From Naegleria gruberi (Eukaryota), in NCBI GenBank assembly GCA_000004985.1, contig GG738899.1: 64,000 nt of DNA. One strand, given 5' to 3'. The position numbers and the translations under genes are program-made. The notes under the pieces are model-generated. The model made no database searches, was not told the origin of the DNA, and was given only the letters and a program-made list of their open reading frames with translations. Positions 34,218 through 45,680 of the stretch are shown here, piece by piece (positions within the stretch are counted from its first letter, which is position 1; each line of letters begins with the position of its first letter).

Positions 34218-37052
34218 TTACTTTTTGAAAATCAACTTTTTGGAAATCCACTCATTCATATCGGCTTCATTAACATTTTCATTCACTGCCTGTTCAATTA
34301 ATTCTGGAATATCAAAGTTGTTATCACTCATTACTAATTTCATATTCAATAAAGCTTGATGGTAGAATTGTTTAGTTTTCACAAGAACTTCCTCAGTCAA
34401 GTTTACAACCTTTTCTTGGAGAGGAGCCAATTCAGTTTCTAATTGAGCCTTTTGTTGAATGAGCTTATTTTCACTTTCCTTTTCAAGAGTTTGTTTTTGC
34501 TTTTGTAATTCTTCTTCCATTTTTTGTTGGAGTTTTCTTTCTGATTCCTGGTTTTCATTTCTCAAAGTTTCGAGTGCCTTTTCGTATTCTTCCTTCAAGA
34601 TAGATGATTGCTTGTTGAAATTTCTTTCAACATCTTCAACAGTTTGTTCATGCTTTTGGTTCCAAAGATTCTTTTCATTTTCCATTTCAAGGAGCCATTT
34701 TTCTCTTTCGATAGAAATTAATTCTTGAACATCTTGTTTCCATTTGATTTGTTCTTGTTGAAGGACTTGGGCAATTCTGTTTTCGATGGCTAGTTTTCTT
34801 TCTTGTTCCTCTTCTGCAGAACGTTTCAGATCGACTGTAGGTTGTGAGCTATTCTTCTCCAATTGCTTGGATTTCTCATCAAGTTCCTTTTCCCTTGTTT
34901 CCAAATTGAGTTGGAGTCTTTCACAGAATTCAGATAATTCCTTGTTGTGTTCTTCCTTTTCTTCAATTTGACTCTTTAAAGAATTTGTTTGTTGTTCTAG
35001 CTCTGCTTTTTCCTTTTGGATAATTTCCAAAGTTTCAGTTAAATTCTTAACTGAGTCTTCCTTTTGTAGATTGTTAAAGCTCTCCTTCTTGAGTTCGATA
35101 ATTAATTCATCCTTATAGGAAATGTCCTTTCTGAGCTCTTCCAATTCTTGACTCAGAATAATGATTTGTTGTTGGTAATCATCTTCCAATTCCTTCATGT
35201 GCTCTTCCATAAGTTTGAGAGCATTATCTGTTGGTTGTGTTGATTCAGAGCTTGCTGTTTGAGTATTATCATCTGAGGAATCACTCTTATTGATAACAGA
35301 GTTCAATTGTTGCATCATTGAGGATGTGAATTGAGCTGATCTTCTACTGGACATGACTGAAAACTCATCATTTCCGAGAGCTGACAAGTTGATAGAAAAT
35401 CTATTACTAGATCTTGGTGTTGTGACAGAGGAGCTTCCACTTGATTGTGAAGGGAAAATTTGCTCTGCATTCTCAATCAAAAATCTACAGACTTGACAAA
35501 TAATTGGTAGAGTTTGTTGTTGCTTTTGTAAGTGAGCACGAATGGACATTCTCTTGAAATCATCCAACACAACAGCGACAGATGATTGAGGGACGAACAT
35601 TAAATTAGTAGACATGACAATAGCCATAGTCTTTGGTGTCATTTTAGTGTCATTGGCATACTCACCAATAGAGGCCATTCTCAAAATACTCAACAATTCT
35701 CTCAGAACTGCTTGATTGACCTGAGGTAGAGTGTGAACAAGTCTCTTAGTTGATTCCAAAACATGGAAATAGTCCTTACTGGCTTCTTGTGTAATTCCAT
35801 CTACATCAGCATGAGGTTCAAACAATCGAATGAATTCATCGTATTTCTCATAACTCAACAATGGATCTTGCATTTCACGAAGGAAACGTTTGATGAGATC
35901 AGCAACCAAGTGAGCATCTGTATTTGGAGGGAAATGAATTCCATTAGGGAAAATAGTTGGGAAGGCCAACAAGGTATTGAACTTTTTCATAAACTTTTCA
36001 ATCTTGACCTTGGATCCAGCTTGTCTGAAGATTCCTTCATTGGCCACACGTGGAGTTTGACTTGAAGGATCGTTGGACTTTAAAAAGTGGAAACAAGCTC
36101 TCAAAACAAAAGGAATTTTCACATCTCTCAACAGGTACAATGTTGGTTCTTTCACATGCAAACGTTCTTCATCTGTCAGTGATGCATATAATGTGTCAAT
36201 ATTCTTCAAATCTACATTATTTGCACAGAGTGAGAGTGTTTGGGGTGAGAGAACAGTTAGTGGACTGAGAAGTGTTGTGAATGGAGTCTTTTTTCTAGAT
36301 TCAATCTCTGAAATAATCCAATTACTATTTAAGGTGTTATAAGTCTTTAAACTCTTCATTAAAAAGTGGAAATTGAAAAGAGTTTCATTCTTACAAATAG
36401 TTTGTAAGTAATTTCCAAATACTTTAGCTTTGAAAGGTGCACAATTTGGGAATAATTCCAAATAAAGAGTGTCAATTGTTGGTGGTTGATTATCAGCTGA
36501 AATCAAATGATAACTATGAGCATATTCCTTCATGGAAAATACAGTTGATTTCATCTTGATGAATTCTCTCTTCATTTCTCCATCATTCATCTCATCAGAA
36601 TCATTAGAAGTAGTACTTTGATGTGAAGTATTCTTTGAAACTAAACCTTCTGAAATATCTTGTTTATCATAGTAGAAACTTCCTGGAATACTCTTTCTCT
36701 TCTTTCCTCCACCGTATACCATTCCAACCAAGTTTGCTCCAAAACTCTTCATTCTGTCATGTTTTGATGAACTAGCGTCATTAGAAACACTTGACATATC
36801 AGAAGTGTCATCACTCAAACCAACAACCATTTCTGAAGAAATATTTGATGTAGTTGTCATGACAAAACACGAATTTTGTGGGAAAATCATTTGAAGATCA
36901 TCTTGTAATTGTAGTAAAATATCGTTAAAAGTTGTTTGTTTTGATTTCTTCCCATTCAATTCGAAAGTTTTTGTGTGGAGAACAGAATTTGATTGATCGG
37001 TAGGAGAAAGTTCAATATACAATCGAATTTTTGTTAAATTATTTGAGGACAT
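34218..37052 (-). CDS. RhoGAP-domain protein with long C-terminal coiled coil
   Basis: 944-aa ORF. RhoGAP signature 'EGIFRQAGSKVKIEKFMKKFN ... VADLIKRFLREMQDPLL ... MTPKTMAIVMSTNLMF'. The C-terminal ~350 aa are E/K/Q-rich heptad repeats. Confidence 0.8.
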   Translation of the reverse strand: MSSNNLTKIRLYIELSPTDQSNSVLHTKTFELNGKKSKQTTFNDILLQLQDDLQMIFPQNSCFVMTTTSNISSEMVVGLSDDTSDMSSVSNDASSSKHDRMKSFGANLVGMVYGGGKKRKSIPGSFYYDKQDISEGLVSKNTSHQSTTSNDSDEMNDGEMKREFIKMKSTVFSMKEYAHSYHLISADNQPPTIDTLYLELFPNCAPFKAKVFGNYLQTICKNETLFNFHFLMKSLKTYNTLNSNWIISEIESRKKTPFTTLLSPLTVLSPQTLSLCANNVDLKNIDTLYASLTDEERLHVKEPTLYLLRDVKIPFVLRACFHFLKSNDPSSQTPRVANEGIFRQAGSKVKIEKFMKKFNTLLAFPTIFPNGIHFPPNTDAHLVADLIKRFLREMQDPLLSYEKYDEFIRLFEPHADVDGITQEASKDYFHVLESTKRLVHTLPQVNQAVLRELLSILRMASIGEYANDTKMTPKTMAIVMSTNLMFVPQSSVAVVLDDFKRMSIRAHLQKQQQTLPIICQVCRFLIENAEQIFPSQSSGSSSVTTPRSSNRFSINLSALGNDEFSVMSSRRSAQFTSSMMQQLNSVINKSDSSDDNTQTASSESTQPTDNALKLMEEHMKELEDDYQQQIIILSQELEELRKDISYKDELIIELKKESFNNLQKEDSVKNLTETLEIIQKEKAELEQQTNSLKSQIEEKEEHNKELSEFCERLQLNLETREKELDEKSKQLEKNSSQPTVDLKRSAEEEQERKLAIENRIAQVLQQEQIKWKQDVQELISIEREKWLLEMENEKNLWNQKHEQTVEDVERNFNKQSSILKEEYEKALETLRNENQESERKLQQKMEEELQKQKQTLEKESENKLIQQKAQLETELAPLQEKVVNLTEEVLVKTKQFYHQALLNMKLVMSDNNFDIPELIEQAVNENVNEADMNEWISKKLIFKK

Positions 37053-38094
37053 GTTATTTGATGATGATGATATATTATGCTGCTGATGATGATTTTAACA
37101 AGTAAGAATTTTGATCATTAAATTCGTCGACTTTCTTTGTGAAAGTTTCTTGATTTTTTTCAAATTCGTACAAAGCTTGTCATTCATCAATCAGAGAATG
37201 GGAAGGTGATACTTGCTTTGTGGAAGATGTTCGACAAATGAATTATTGTTATCTTCACAATTTTCTTCTTCATCATATTTTACATCTAACCGATGAATGA
37301 AAGAACAAGTTGAAGGAGTTTATTATTGTCATCATGAAGGAAGAATATTGTGTGATGTGGTATCAATCTTTACCTGTACGAGGAAGGAAGGAGAGAAATT
37401 TACTGGAAGGCACTGGTGGGTTGCCTTCTTGTTATTCTCTCCAAAGTACATCACCATGTGTGGTTAGAATATTATCGTGAAGCCTTCTTCACCTCTGTCT
37501 AAGACAATGTTAATTCATCATTGAATTGTTCCGTGCAGAGTATTACTCCAGAGTATTACTTCTTCTGTACAAACAATGTCTTTTCTCTCTGGAAGGATCT
37601 GGGGAAAGCCGTTATATCTTCAACGACGAAGTCCTAACAAGATGATCCCACCATTAAACTCTGACAAAATCATAATAATGTGATGAATTATATTCTTCTT
37701 CTTCTTATCGGAGAGGTACCAATAAATTCGTTGTTCAACTTGGGTGTTGGTTGCTTGTGGCGCAAGATGATGAAGAGCCTTGTTTGTTGTTGGTTCAAGA
37801 CTTTACATTCCGTGTTGATGATTATCTACCTGTGTGAGCGTTAGGTTTGGAAGAGCCTTGTTTTTTCACCAATGTTAATAGTGTGTAATACTGGCGAAGA
37901 ATATTTTGTAAACACAAAGTGGATCCAAATGTAACGGTTTTGTAAACTCTTCTTACCGTTACCAAATTTTTGAGAAAGTGACGAAACCGCTGAGTTATTT
38001 AAAATGGCGCGTTTTCACACCGTTTTTAAAATCAACAAACAAAAAAAAAACAAAACAATTCGTATTTACGAACAAACAACAACAAAACAAATAA

Positions 38095-38412
<318 letters not shown>

Positions 38413-38772
38413 ATTGCTTTGCAAATTAGTAATTAATAATTATTGGATGATGAAAATCATCTAGCAAACATTTTCCCAACAAACAACTCGTCAAGAAATT
38501 GACACCCTAGGCTCTTGTACAAATAAATTATTAAAAATCAATAATTATTGAATATAATTTTAATTAAATTGTTTTGTTGGTGCGTATAATTCCAGCATAA
38601 TGAACTATTTAGTTTGTAGATAAGAGTGATATTAACAGAGATGGAAGAACAATTTACAAGAGATTTTATCACGCTCAATCTAATAATAAGATCAAGTTCT
38701 TTCATGCAAATCTCTTCATAAGAACAATTGGAAAATCAAAACATCACAGAAAACAATAAAAAGAAAATACAA

Positions 38773-40420
38773 ATGCTACCATCATCCGATACTAACAAAC
38801 CAAACAATACTTGTTACGAAATTGCAGGTGTTGGCTTTGCTGTTGCCCCCAAGACAGATTGCCCACACTTTGACTCTGAAGAGCACTTTGCTGTCCCATG
38901 GAATGATAGAAAGGCCATCAAGGAACTCTTCACAAAGGATGCTCCGTGTAGACATTGCCACTCCACAGCAGAGAATTGGTTCTGTCTCAAGTGCCAAGAT
39001 GTTTGTTGCTCTCGTTACCAGAAGAGCCACATGTTGCATCACTATGAAAAGACTGGTCATGCTTTGGTGTTGAGTTTAGCCGATCATTCATTGTATTGCT
39101 ATGAATGTGATGCCTATGTAGAGAACAAGACTTTAACAAGATTGCTCTTGAGAGAGTTACATCATGTAAAGTTTGGAGAATATCCAGGTGCTAATGGAGC
39201 CTCAGTAGAGATGGAAGAAGCCATTGAAAAGTTGAGAAATGTCTCTGAAGCCATTGAAGAGGAGAAGAAGAAGGTTGATTCGGAGAAGGAAAAAGCCTTT
39301 GAAATTCTAGCTGAAAAGATTCAAAGTGCCTCTGATGAATCAATTATTGTATTGACTGGAGCTGGATTGTCCACTAGGTAGGTTTATTCATTATTATTAT
39401 CCTTATTATTGATTGTTAATATTATTATCATCATCATTATACTTGTTATAATATTCAATGATTCAATTGTAATATTTAAATATTATTAATGATAATAATT
39501 GGATAGTGCTGGAATTCCTGATTTTAGAACTCCTGGAACTGGATTGTATGATAATTTACAAAAGTATAATTTGCCTCATCCAACAGCCATTTTCGAGTTG
39601 AAATATCTTCCAACTAATCCTCATCCATTCTTCCATTTGAGTAGAGATTTCATTTCTTCTGGATATAAACCAACTAAAGCTCACTACTTTATCAAATTGT
39701 TGGAAGAAAAGAACAAGTTGAAGAGATTATATACTCAAAATATTGATGGTTTGGAAGCCAAGTCAGGTAGGTTTGTCAATATTACAGAATATTTATTGTG
39801 ACAATTTTCAATCATTTAAAGGAATTACAAAGGAGCACTTGGTAAATTGTCACGGAATGTACGATATTGGTCACTGTATTGAATGTTCAAAGGAATATTC
39901 ATTGTCTGAAATTGTAAAAAAGATGGGAACTGATGAAGAAGTCCAAATTCCAAAGTGTGACAAGTGTGGACATATTGTCAAACCAGATATTGTCTTGTTC
40001 GGAGAGTCATTACCTAACAAATACGTAGATTGTTGCAAATCAGATTTGCTTCGTTCCAAGGATTGTGAAGTCTTCATTGTCATTGGTACTTCCTTGTCAG
40101 TCTAGTAAGTAATTGAATTATTTTTTTATTGACCTAATAATTGTAAAAATAGTCCTGTTGCTGGTTTACCAGAATATGCTCCAGAAGGATCAACACGTGC
40201 TCTTCTTAATCGTGAAAAATGTGGACCTTTCAGTAAGGTGAAAGGAAATGTTGCTGAAGTTGGAGATGATTCAGATTATTTGGATTTGTTCCTTGGTGGA
40301 GAGGATTCATCCATTGATGAATGTGTTGAAAAATTATGTAAATTATTAGGATGGGAAGCTGAATTGGAGGAATTATATGTTAAAGGACCAGTCGATCTCG
40401 TAGAATTGAGTAAGAAATAA
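38773..40420 (+). CDS. sirtuin (Sir2-family NAD-dependent deacetylase) with N-terminal UBP-type zinc finger; 4 exons
   Basis: Exons 38773-39377, 39507-39766, 39822-40104 and 40153-40420 (donors GTAGGT/GTAGGT/GTAAGT; acceptors ATAG/AAAG/ATAG; frames verified). ZnF-UBP: 'CPHF...[48 protein letters not shown]'. Sir2 motifs '[21 protein letters not shown]', '[10 protein letters not shown]', '[14 protein letters not shown]...[17 protein letters not shown]', '[14 protein letters not shown]'. Confidence 0.85.
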
Positions 40421-40629
40421 ATGCAACAATTAACTTCATCTCTCTACTTCTTCATGTACTGAAAAGGTTGGAATAACAACAAAGAAAAATACATAGAGAA
40501 GGGCAGAGAGAAACAATTGCATTTATCAGAGAATCCCATAAATACAAGAATTGACTTCCTTTGAACTTCTTAGAACATTTTTGAAAATTATTAGTGAAAG
40601 GGCGAGATCTGTAAATCAAGTTAAAAAAA

Positions 40630-41439
40630 ATGGTGTTTCGTCTCTTCTCAAAGATTCGAACAGTTGATGCTAATGATGACCTTTCAACTGTTTCAGAACA
40701 AGAATCTCACGTTCCAGTTCCAGTGGTAGTTTCTGTTAAAGTTTCACCATTAAAAATTACACAACATTCTCTCAAAATATTAGAAAAAGTAAATAGGGAT
40801 GAATTATTAATTGTTGGATGTTTTCTAAATACTTCCGAGCTAGCAAATCTTGCTTCATGTAATCAACAATTACTGGAATTTTTCTTTAATTTGACAATTG
40901 ACAAGGTCAATTTAATAGCAAACAGGAAAAAAGAATTCTCAACTGTGAACATGGATTCAAGAATTGTTTCAATCAAGGATGTTTACCAAGAGAATGATGA
41001 ATTATTCTCAACAACTCAAACAATAATTTGGAAACCACTTGTTCTACATTATTTTCCAAGTTATTCGAAATCTCTGAATGTGAAAAATTGGATGCACATA
41101 TTAAGGAGAAGATTCACCCACCTTCAGATACACATGCCAAGATCCAAAAACCAAAACCAAATTCAAATAATTGGCGGTACTGATAAATATCAAAGGGAAT
41201 TCGTTGAAGGTTGCGAATGGGAATACGAATGTCCACTCAAAATCACCTCAATGACTTTCATTTCCGAGGAAATGGTGTTTTGCAATGTTTGTAAGGAGAA
41301 TATTTACAAAGTTCATAATGAAACTGATTTGAACTATCACACCGAACAAGGACATTGTGTAATTCTAACCGAAAAAAAACGACTTAGAATTGGAAAGACG
41401 TATAATCCTAATTATCATAAACTTCCTGCTGTTCGTTAA
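40630..41439 (+). CDS. hypothetical protein (possible F-box-like region, C-terminal Cys/His cluster)
   Basis: 269-aa ORF with an A-rich start context. No recognisable catalytic domain. Confidence 0.45.
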   Translation: MVFRLFSKIRTVDANDDLSTVSEQESHVPVPVVVSVKVSPLKITQHSLKILEKVNRDELLIVGCFLNTSELANLASCNQQLLEFFFNLTIDKVNLIANRKKEFSTVNMDSRIVSIKDVYQENDELFSTTQTIIWKPLVLHYFPSYSKSLNVKNWMHILRRRFTHLQIHMPRSKNQNQIQIIGGTDKYQREFVEGCEWEYECPLKITSMTFISEEMVFCNVCKENIYKVHNETDLNYHTEQGHCVILTEKKRLRIGKTYNPNYHKLPAVR

Positions 41440-41748
41440 CTCCAATTTTTTTGTTATTATTTTCATGTAGTTTATCAAATAGGTTGCTTTTTCTGAACTA
41501 TCATTTAGTCAACTGAAAAATATGAGAAAGAGGTGAAGTTAATACTCTTGCTCACCGTCGAAGATGGTTTGAATTAAGGTAAACACTTGTACAAAAAGAA
41601 TACAGAGAAGCGTCCAACAGGTGTCATTGTCCTGACATATGCCAAAGTTGTTATATATGCTCAGATTCAAATAAATTCACTTAATTCCTATCCTAGTGAC
41701 TTGTTTCAACTTAAATCGGTTTATATTTCACAAGTTAAGATTATGAAT

Positions 41749-41867
41749 GGCTACGGCCATATCACGATTCATGCACCTCATCCCGTCCGATTTGAGAAGT
41801 TAAGCATCGTCGAGCCACATCAGTACTGAGGTTGGAGACAACTTGGGAACCTGTGGTGCTGTAGTCT
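41749..41867 (+). rRNA. 5S ribosomal RNA gene (copy A)
   Basis: GGCTACGGCCATA...CCGTCCGATTTGAGAAGTTAAGC...GGTTGGAGACAACTTGGGAACCTGTGGTGCTGTAGTC aligns position by position with eukaryotic 5S rRNA. Helix I pairs 5' GGCTACGGC with 3' GCTGTAGTC. A T6 run follows immediately. Confidence 0.9.
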
Positions 41868-41873
41868 TTTTTA
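41868..41873 (+). terminator. Pol III oligo-T terminator of 5S copy A
   Basis: TTTTTT directly after the 5S 3' end. Confidence 0.7.
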
Positions 41874-41971
41874 TTTTTTCTCTATTTCTATTTTTCTGTG
41901 ATATAAAGCACCTTAATTAATATCAGTTGTGGACTAGATCTATTAGCAACTTATTTTCTTCTTGAATAACT

Positions 41972-42043
41972 TCCCGTGTAGTCCAATGGCTAGGATACCT
42001 GGCTTTCACCCAGGAGGTCCGGGTTCAATTCCCGGCATGGGAG
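41972..42043 (+). tRNA. tRNA-Glu (anticodon TTC), copy 1
   Basis: TCCCGTGTAGTCCAATGGCTAGGATACCTGGCTTTCACCCAGGAGGTCCGGGTTCAATTCCCGGCATGGGAG: 7-bp acceptor stem, anticodon loop CTTTCAC, T-arm GGTTCAATTCC. Confidence 0.9.
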
Positions 42044-42117
42044 GATAATTTTGCAAAAGATAATTTATTTGGTAACCTTTTATTAATGGAAAGGGTTATT
42101 GAAATGGAACAGTTGAC

Positions 42118-42612
42118 TTAATCAATAATGGTTTTCTTTAACTTTTCTTCAATTTCTTCCTTTTGCTTTTTCACACTTTCAGCTTGTTGTTTCAAACTTT
42201 CAATTCGATTATTGAGTTGATCACTGATGGTTCCTCCCAATAACAACACAGTTTCATTTTGTGCATTCATTTCTTTCTGAACCATTTCTAATTCTATTAA
42301 CATGTATTCTAATTGCATAGACATCTCTTGGAAGTCTTCAGCTTTTCTCTTTTTCATTTCTATCATTTCAATGAATTGTTTCTTGACATTTTCAATTTCG
42401 AATAATTCTTGTGATGCTTGTTCAACTCTATAAGCTTTTTCTCCGATCACTTTCGAATAATTCTTGATCAAGGTTCTCCAAAAGGTTTCTGATTGAACCA
42501 ATTGTTCATGAATTTTTTTGTTGATCGAAAGAATATTTCCCAAATGTTTAACGGAGAGAATGGAAAATATTTCAATTTGCAACTCGGAGGGAAGATCAAC
42601 AAAGTTTGACAT
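42118..42612 (-). CDS. small F-box-like coiled-coil protein
   Basis: 164-aa ORF. N-terminus 'LPSELQIEIFSILSVKHLGNILSINKKIHEQL' is F-box-like; the remainder is predicted coiled coil. Confidence 0.5.
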   Translation of the reverse strand: MSNFVDLPSELQIEIFSILSVKHLGNILSINKKIHEQLVQSETFWRTLIKNYSKVIGEKAYRVEQASQELFEIENVKKQFIEMIEMKKRKAEDFQEMSMQLEYMLIELEMVQKEMNAQNETVLLLGGTISDQLNNRIESLKQQAESVKKQKEEIEEKLKKTIID

Positions 42613-43115
42613 TTTTTAAAATTGTTATTGGATGAGATTTTTGAAATTGCATAATATCATGATTTGATGAAGGTAAATAATTTATTGTTGTCATTCTTCC
42701 GATCAAAGCTTTGATTTCATATTAGATTTTATCTATCTTAAAGATTTTGCTTTGTGTTTTCTGGCTGATTCCGAAGGAGAATTAAATAATTTATTTAATT
42801 CATTGTAAAAAAGAAGAATATTAATATTGCAATCAGACTGAATTTGAACCACTCTATTTTTAAATTATACAAAGCAACACAAAGAATATGAAAATGAATG
42901 TGCATATTTGAAATTGAAGATGAGGGTCATTTTCGTAAGTGAATCAGATTCAAATTCAAACACAAGTCTGAAAGTGAAGCTGTGGTGGAGGTTCAAATTG
43001 AAAACAAGCTATTTAAACAGCTCTCGAGATATTCTCACTCCATCAAACCAAACAAAAAAAACAAGTTAACAAACAGCTCATTCAGCTCAATATTCAAATA
43101 CAGTAAATTTAAAAT

Positions 43116-45680
43116 ATGGTCAAGTTCAGTAAAGAAATACTCGAAAGGCTCTTACTCGACAGTAACAAGATTCGTAACATTAGTATTATTGCTCACGTTG
43201 ATCATGGTAAATCAACACTCACTGATCAATTGGCTTTAGCAGCTGGTTTAGTGGATGAAGATGCTGCAGGTGAGAAGAGAGTTTGCGACGTCGATAAGAA
43301 TGAAATTGAAAAGGGTATTACCATTAAATCAACAAGTTTGAGTATGGTATTGGAAAATCCAGACAAGGAGAATGATCATCATTTGGTTAATTTGATCGAT
43401 TGTCCAGGTCACATTGATTTCTCATCTGAAGTTAGTACAGCTTTGAGAATTACTGATGGTGCAGTGTTGATTGTTGATGCTGCTGAAGGTTGTAGAGGTC
43501 AAACTGAAACAGTAATTAGACAATCTCTTCAAGAAAGAATTCGTCCAGTTCTCTTCATTAATAAGGTTGACCGTTTGATTGAAGAAATGCAATTTACTGA
43601 AGAAGAAAGTTATCAAAACTTTTTAAGAATTATCGAGTCTGTGAATGCTCTATTATCAACTTATTCTGATGAGTCAGTTTCTGTTGATCCAGTTGACTGT
43701 AACATTGCTTTTGGATCAGGTAAGATGGGTTGGGCTTTCACTTTGGAGCAATTCGCTCAATTATATAGCAAGAAGTTTAAACTTCCTGTTGAGAAGGTTA
43801 TTAACAAATTATGGGGTGAAAATTATTATGATCACTCAACTAAGAAGTTTACCACTGAACCTTATTCATCGACAAGTGGTCAACAATTGAAACACACTTT
43901 CTGTGAATTCATTTTAGAACCTATTTTCAAGATTTTCAAGTTGGTTAGAGAACATCAAATTTCGAGTGAAGGTATTTTGCCAACAGATTTGGAAAATATC
44001 ATTAGTGCATTGTCTATACCTCTGACGAAAGAAGAAAAGAGAAAGGAGCCGAAACTTTTAGCTAAATCAATCATGAGAAAGTTCCTACCAGCTCACAAAC
44101 CTCTAGTTCAAATGATTATTAACCATTTACCTTCTCCTAAGGAAGCTAAAAAGGTCAGGTATGATAATCTCTACACTGGTGAAGATTTGACAGATCCATA
44201 CGCTACTGGTATTAAGGAATGTGATCCGAATGCACCACTGGTTGTCTATGTCAGTAAGATGGTACCTATGCACTCTAATACTAGCTCTAGTATGAGTAAT
44301 AATGTTGGTCGTTTTATTGCTTTAGCTCGTATCTTCTCTGGCAGTTTGACTCAATCAACTAAGGTAAGAATTCTGGGTCCTAACTATGATCCAATTGCTA
44401 AGAAAGATGTTTTCCATACAAGCATTCAAAGATTGTTAGTCATGGTTGGTAAAAATACTGAAAGCATCACTCAAGCTTCTTGTGGTGCCATCGTCGGTAT
44501 TGTTGGTCTTGACAAGTACATTATCAAATCATGTACATTGACAGAAGAAGGACAAGTTGCATGTATGCCAATTAAGAATATGAAATACTCTGTGAGTCCT
44601 GTTGTTCAAATGGGAGTTGAGCCAGCCAATCCAGCTGATTTATCTCGATTTGTTGAAGGTTTGAAACGTCTCGTTCAAAGTGATCCTCTATTGGAATGTA
44701 AGCAAAATGATAGTGGTCAACATATTCTAGGAACAGCAGGTGAATTGCATTTGGAAATTTGTTTAAAGAATTTGGAAGAAGAATATGCAAGAGGAATTCA
44801 AATTAAAAAGTCTCCTCCTGTTGTCACTTTCCACGAAACAGTTTCAAATAAGAATGGAGACATGGTCATGGCCAGAAGTGCAAACGGTCACAATCGTTTA
44901 TACATGCAAGCTGAACCAATCAGTGAGGAATTGATTGAAATGATTAAGGAAGGTCAATTGCCAATGGATGATCAAAATAAGAGAGCAAAGATTTTAGAAA
45001 TTGACTTTGAATGGGATCCTAGCATAACAAAGAGAATTTGGAGTTTTGGACCTGAAGCTGATAAGGGTAGTAACATTTTGGTTAATGCAACCAAGTCAGT
45101 TGACTATATTAATGAAATTCAACAATATGTTGTCACTAGTTTCCAACAAAGCAGTTCTTCAGGAGGTTTATGTGATGAAGCAATGAGAGGTGTTTTATTC
45201 AAATTTAATGATTGTAATCTTCATGCAGATTCTATCCATCGTGGAGCTGGTCAAATTCTCCAAGCAACATCACGTGTCATGACTGCTAGTCAATTGAGAG
45301 CTGATCCAAAGTTAGTTGAACCAATGTATCTTGTTGAAGTTCAATGTCCTCAATCAGTGATGGGTTCTGTCTATAGTGTCATTTCCAATAGAAGAGGTGT
45401 TATCAAATCTACTGAAATGGTAATTGGTACTCCTCTCGTTAGTATTACAGGTAATTTACCTGTGCTGGAAAGTTTCGGTTTAACAGAAGAGTTGAGAGGT
45501 GTGACTCAAGGACAAGCTTTCCCTCAATGCAGTTTCAGTCATTGGAAAGTAATGGAAGACAATGTTTATGATCCTCAATCTAAAGTTCACAAGCTCATCA
45601 AATCTATCAGAAAGAGAAAGGGTCTTAAGGAAGATATACCACTCTACACAGATTACTGTGATGCAATGCCTAAACAATAA
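43116..45680 (+). CDS. elongation factor 2 family GTPase, divergent eEF2 paralog
   Basis: 854-aa intron-less ORF. G-motifs 'AHVDHGKST', 'DCPGHIDFSSEVSTALRITDG', 'NKVDR'. The diphthamide-loop 'HADSIHRGAGQI' and C-terminus '...SIRKRKGLKEDIPLYTDYCD' match eEF2, but the overall sequence is much more diverged than canonical eEF2. Confidence 0.8.
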   Translation: MVKFSKEILERLLLDSNKIRNISIIAHVDHGKSTLTDQLALAAGLVDEDAAGEKRVCDVDKNEIEKGITIKSTSLSMVLENPDKENDHHLVNLIDCPGHIDFSSEVSTALRITDGAVLIVDAAEGCRGQTETVIRQSLQERIRPVLFINKVDRLIEEMQFTEEESYQNFLRIIESVNALLSTYSDESVSVDPVDCNIAFGSGKMGWAFTLEQFAQLYSKKFKLPVEKVINKLWGENYYDHSTKKFTTEPYSSTSGQQLKHTFCEFILEPIFKIFKLVREHQISSEGILPTDLENIISALSIPLTKEEKRKEPKLLAKSIMRKFLPAHKPLVQMIINHLPSPKEAKKVRYDNLYTGEDLTDPYATGIKECDPNAPLVVYVSKMVPMHSNTSSSMSNNVGRFIALARIFSGSLTQSTKVRILGPNYDPIAKKDVFHTSIQRLLVMVGKNTESITQASCGAIVGIVGLDKYIIKSCTLTEEGQVACMPIKNMKYSVSPVVQMGVEPANPADLSRFVEGLKRLVQSDPLLECKQNDSGQHILGTAGELHLEICLKNLEEEYARGIQIKKSPPVVTFHETVSNKNGDMVMARSANGHNRLYMQAEPISEELIEMIKEGQLPMDDQNKRAKILEIDFEWDPSITKRIWSFGPEADKGSNILVNATKSVDYINEIQQYVVTSFQQSSSSGGLCDEAMRGVLFKFNDCNLHADSIHRGAGQILQATSRVMTASQLRADPKLVEPMYLVEVQCPQSVMGSVYSVISNRRGVIKSTEMVIGTPLVSITGNLPVLESFGLTEELRGVTQGQAFPQCSFSHWKVMEDNVYDPQSKVHKLIKSIRKRKGLKEDIPLYTDYCDAMPKQ

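Noticed and set aside
37524-37560. Tandem 13-mer 'agagtattactcc agagtattacttc' in the RhoGAP/H4 divergent promoter region
   Set aside because: It is too short and isolated to call a regulatory element without comparative data.
41587-41829. 80-aa ORF overlapping the 5S rRNA gene (copy A)
   Set aside because: It is a translation of the 5S rRNA sequence and its AT-rich upstream flank. The 5S call explains the region.
43116-45680. Interpretation of the GTPase as EFL1/Ria1 or Snu114
   Set aside because: It lacks the EFL1 insertion and the Snu114 acidic N-terminal domain. The diphthamide loop and eEF2 C-terminal tail favour an eEF2 paralog.
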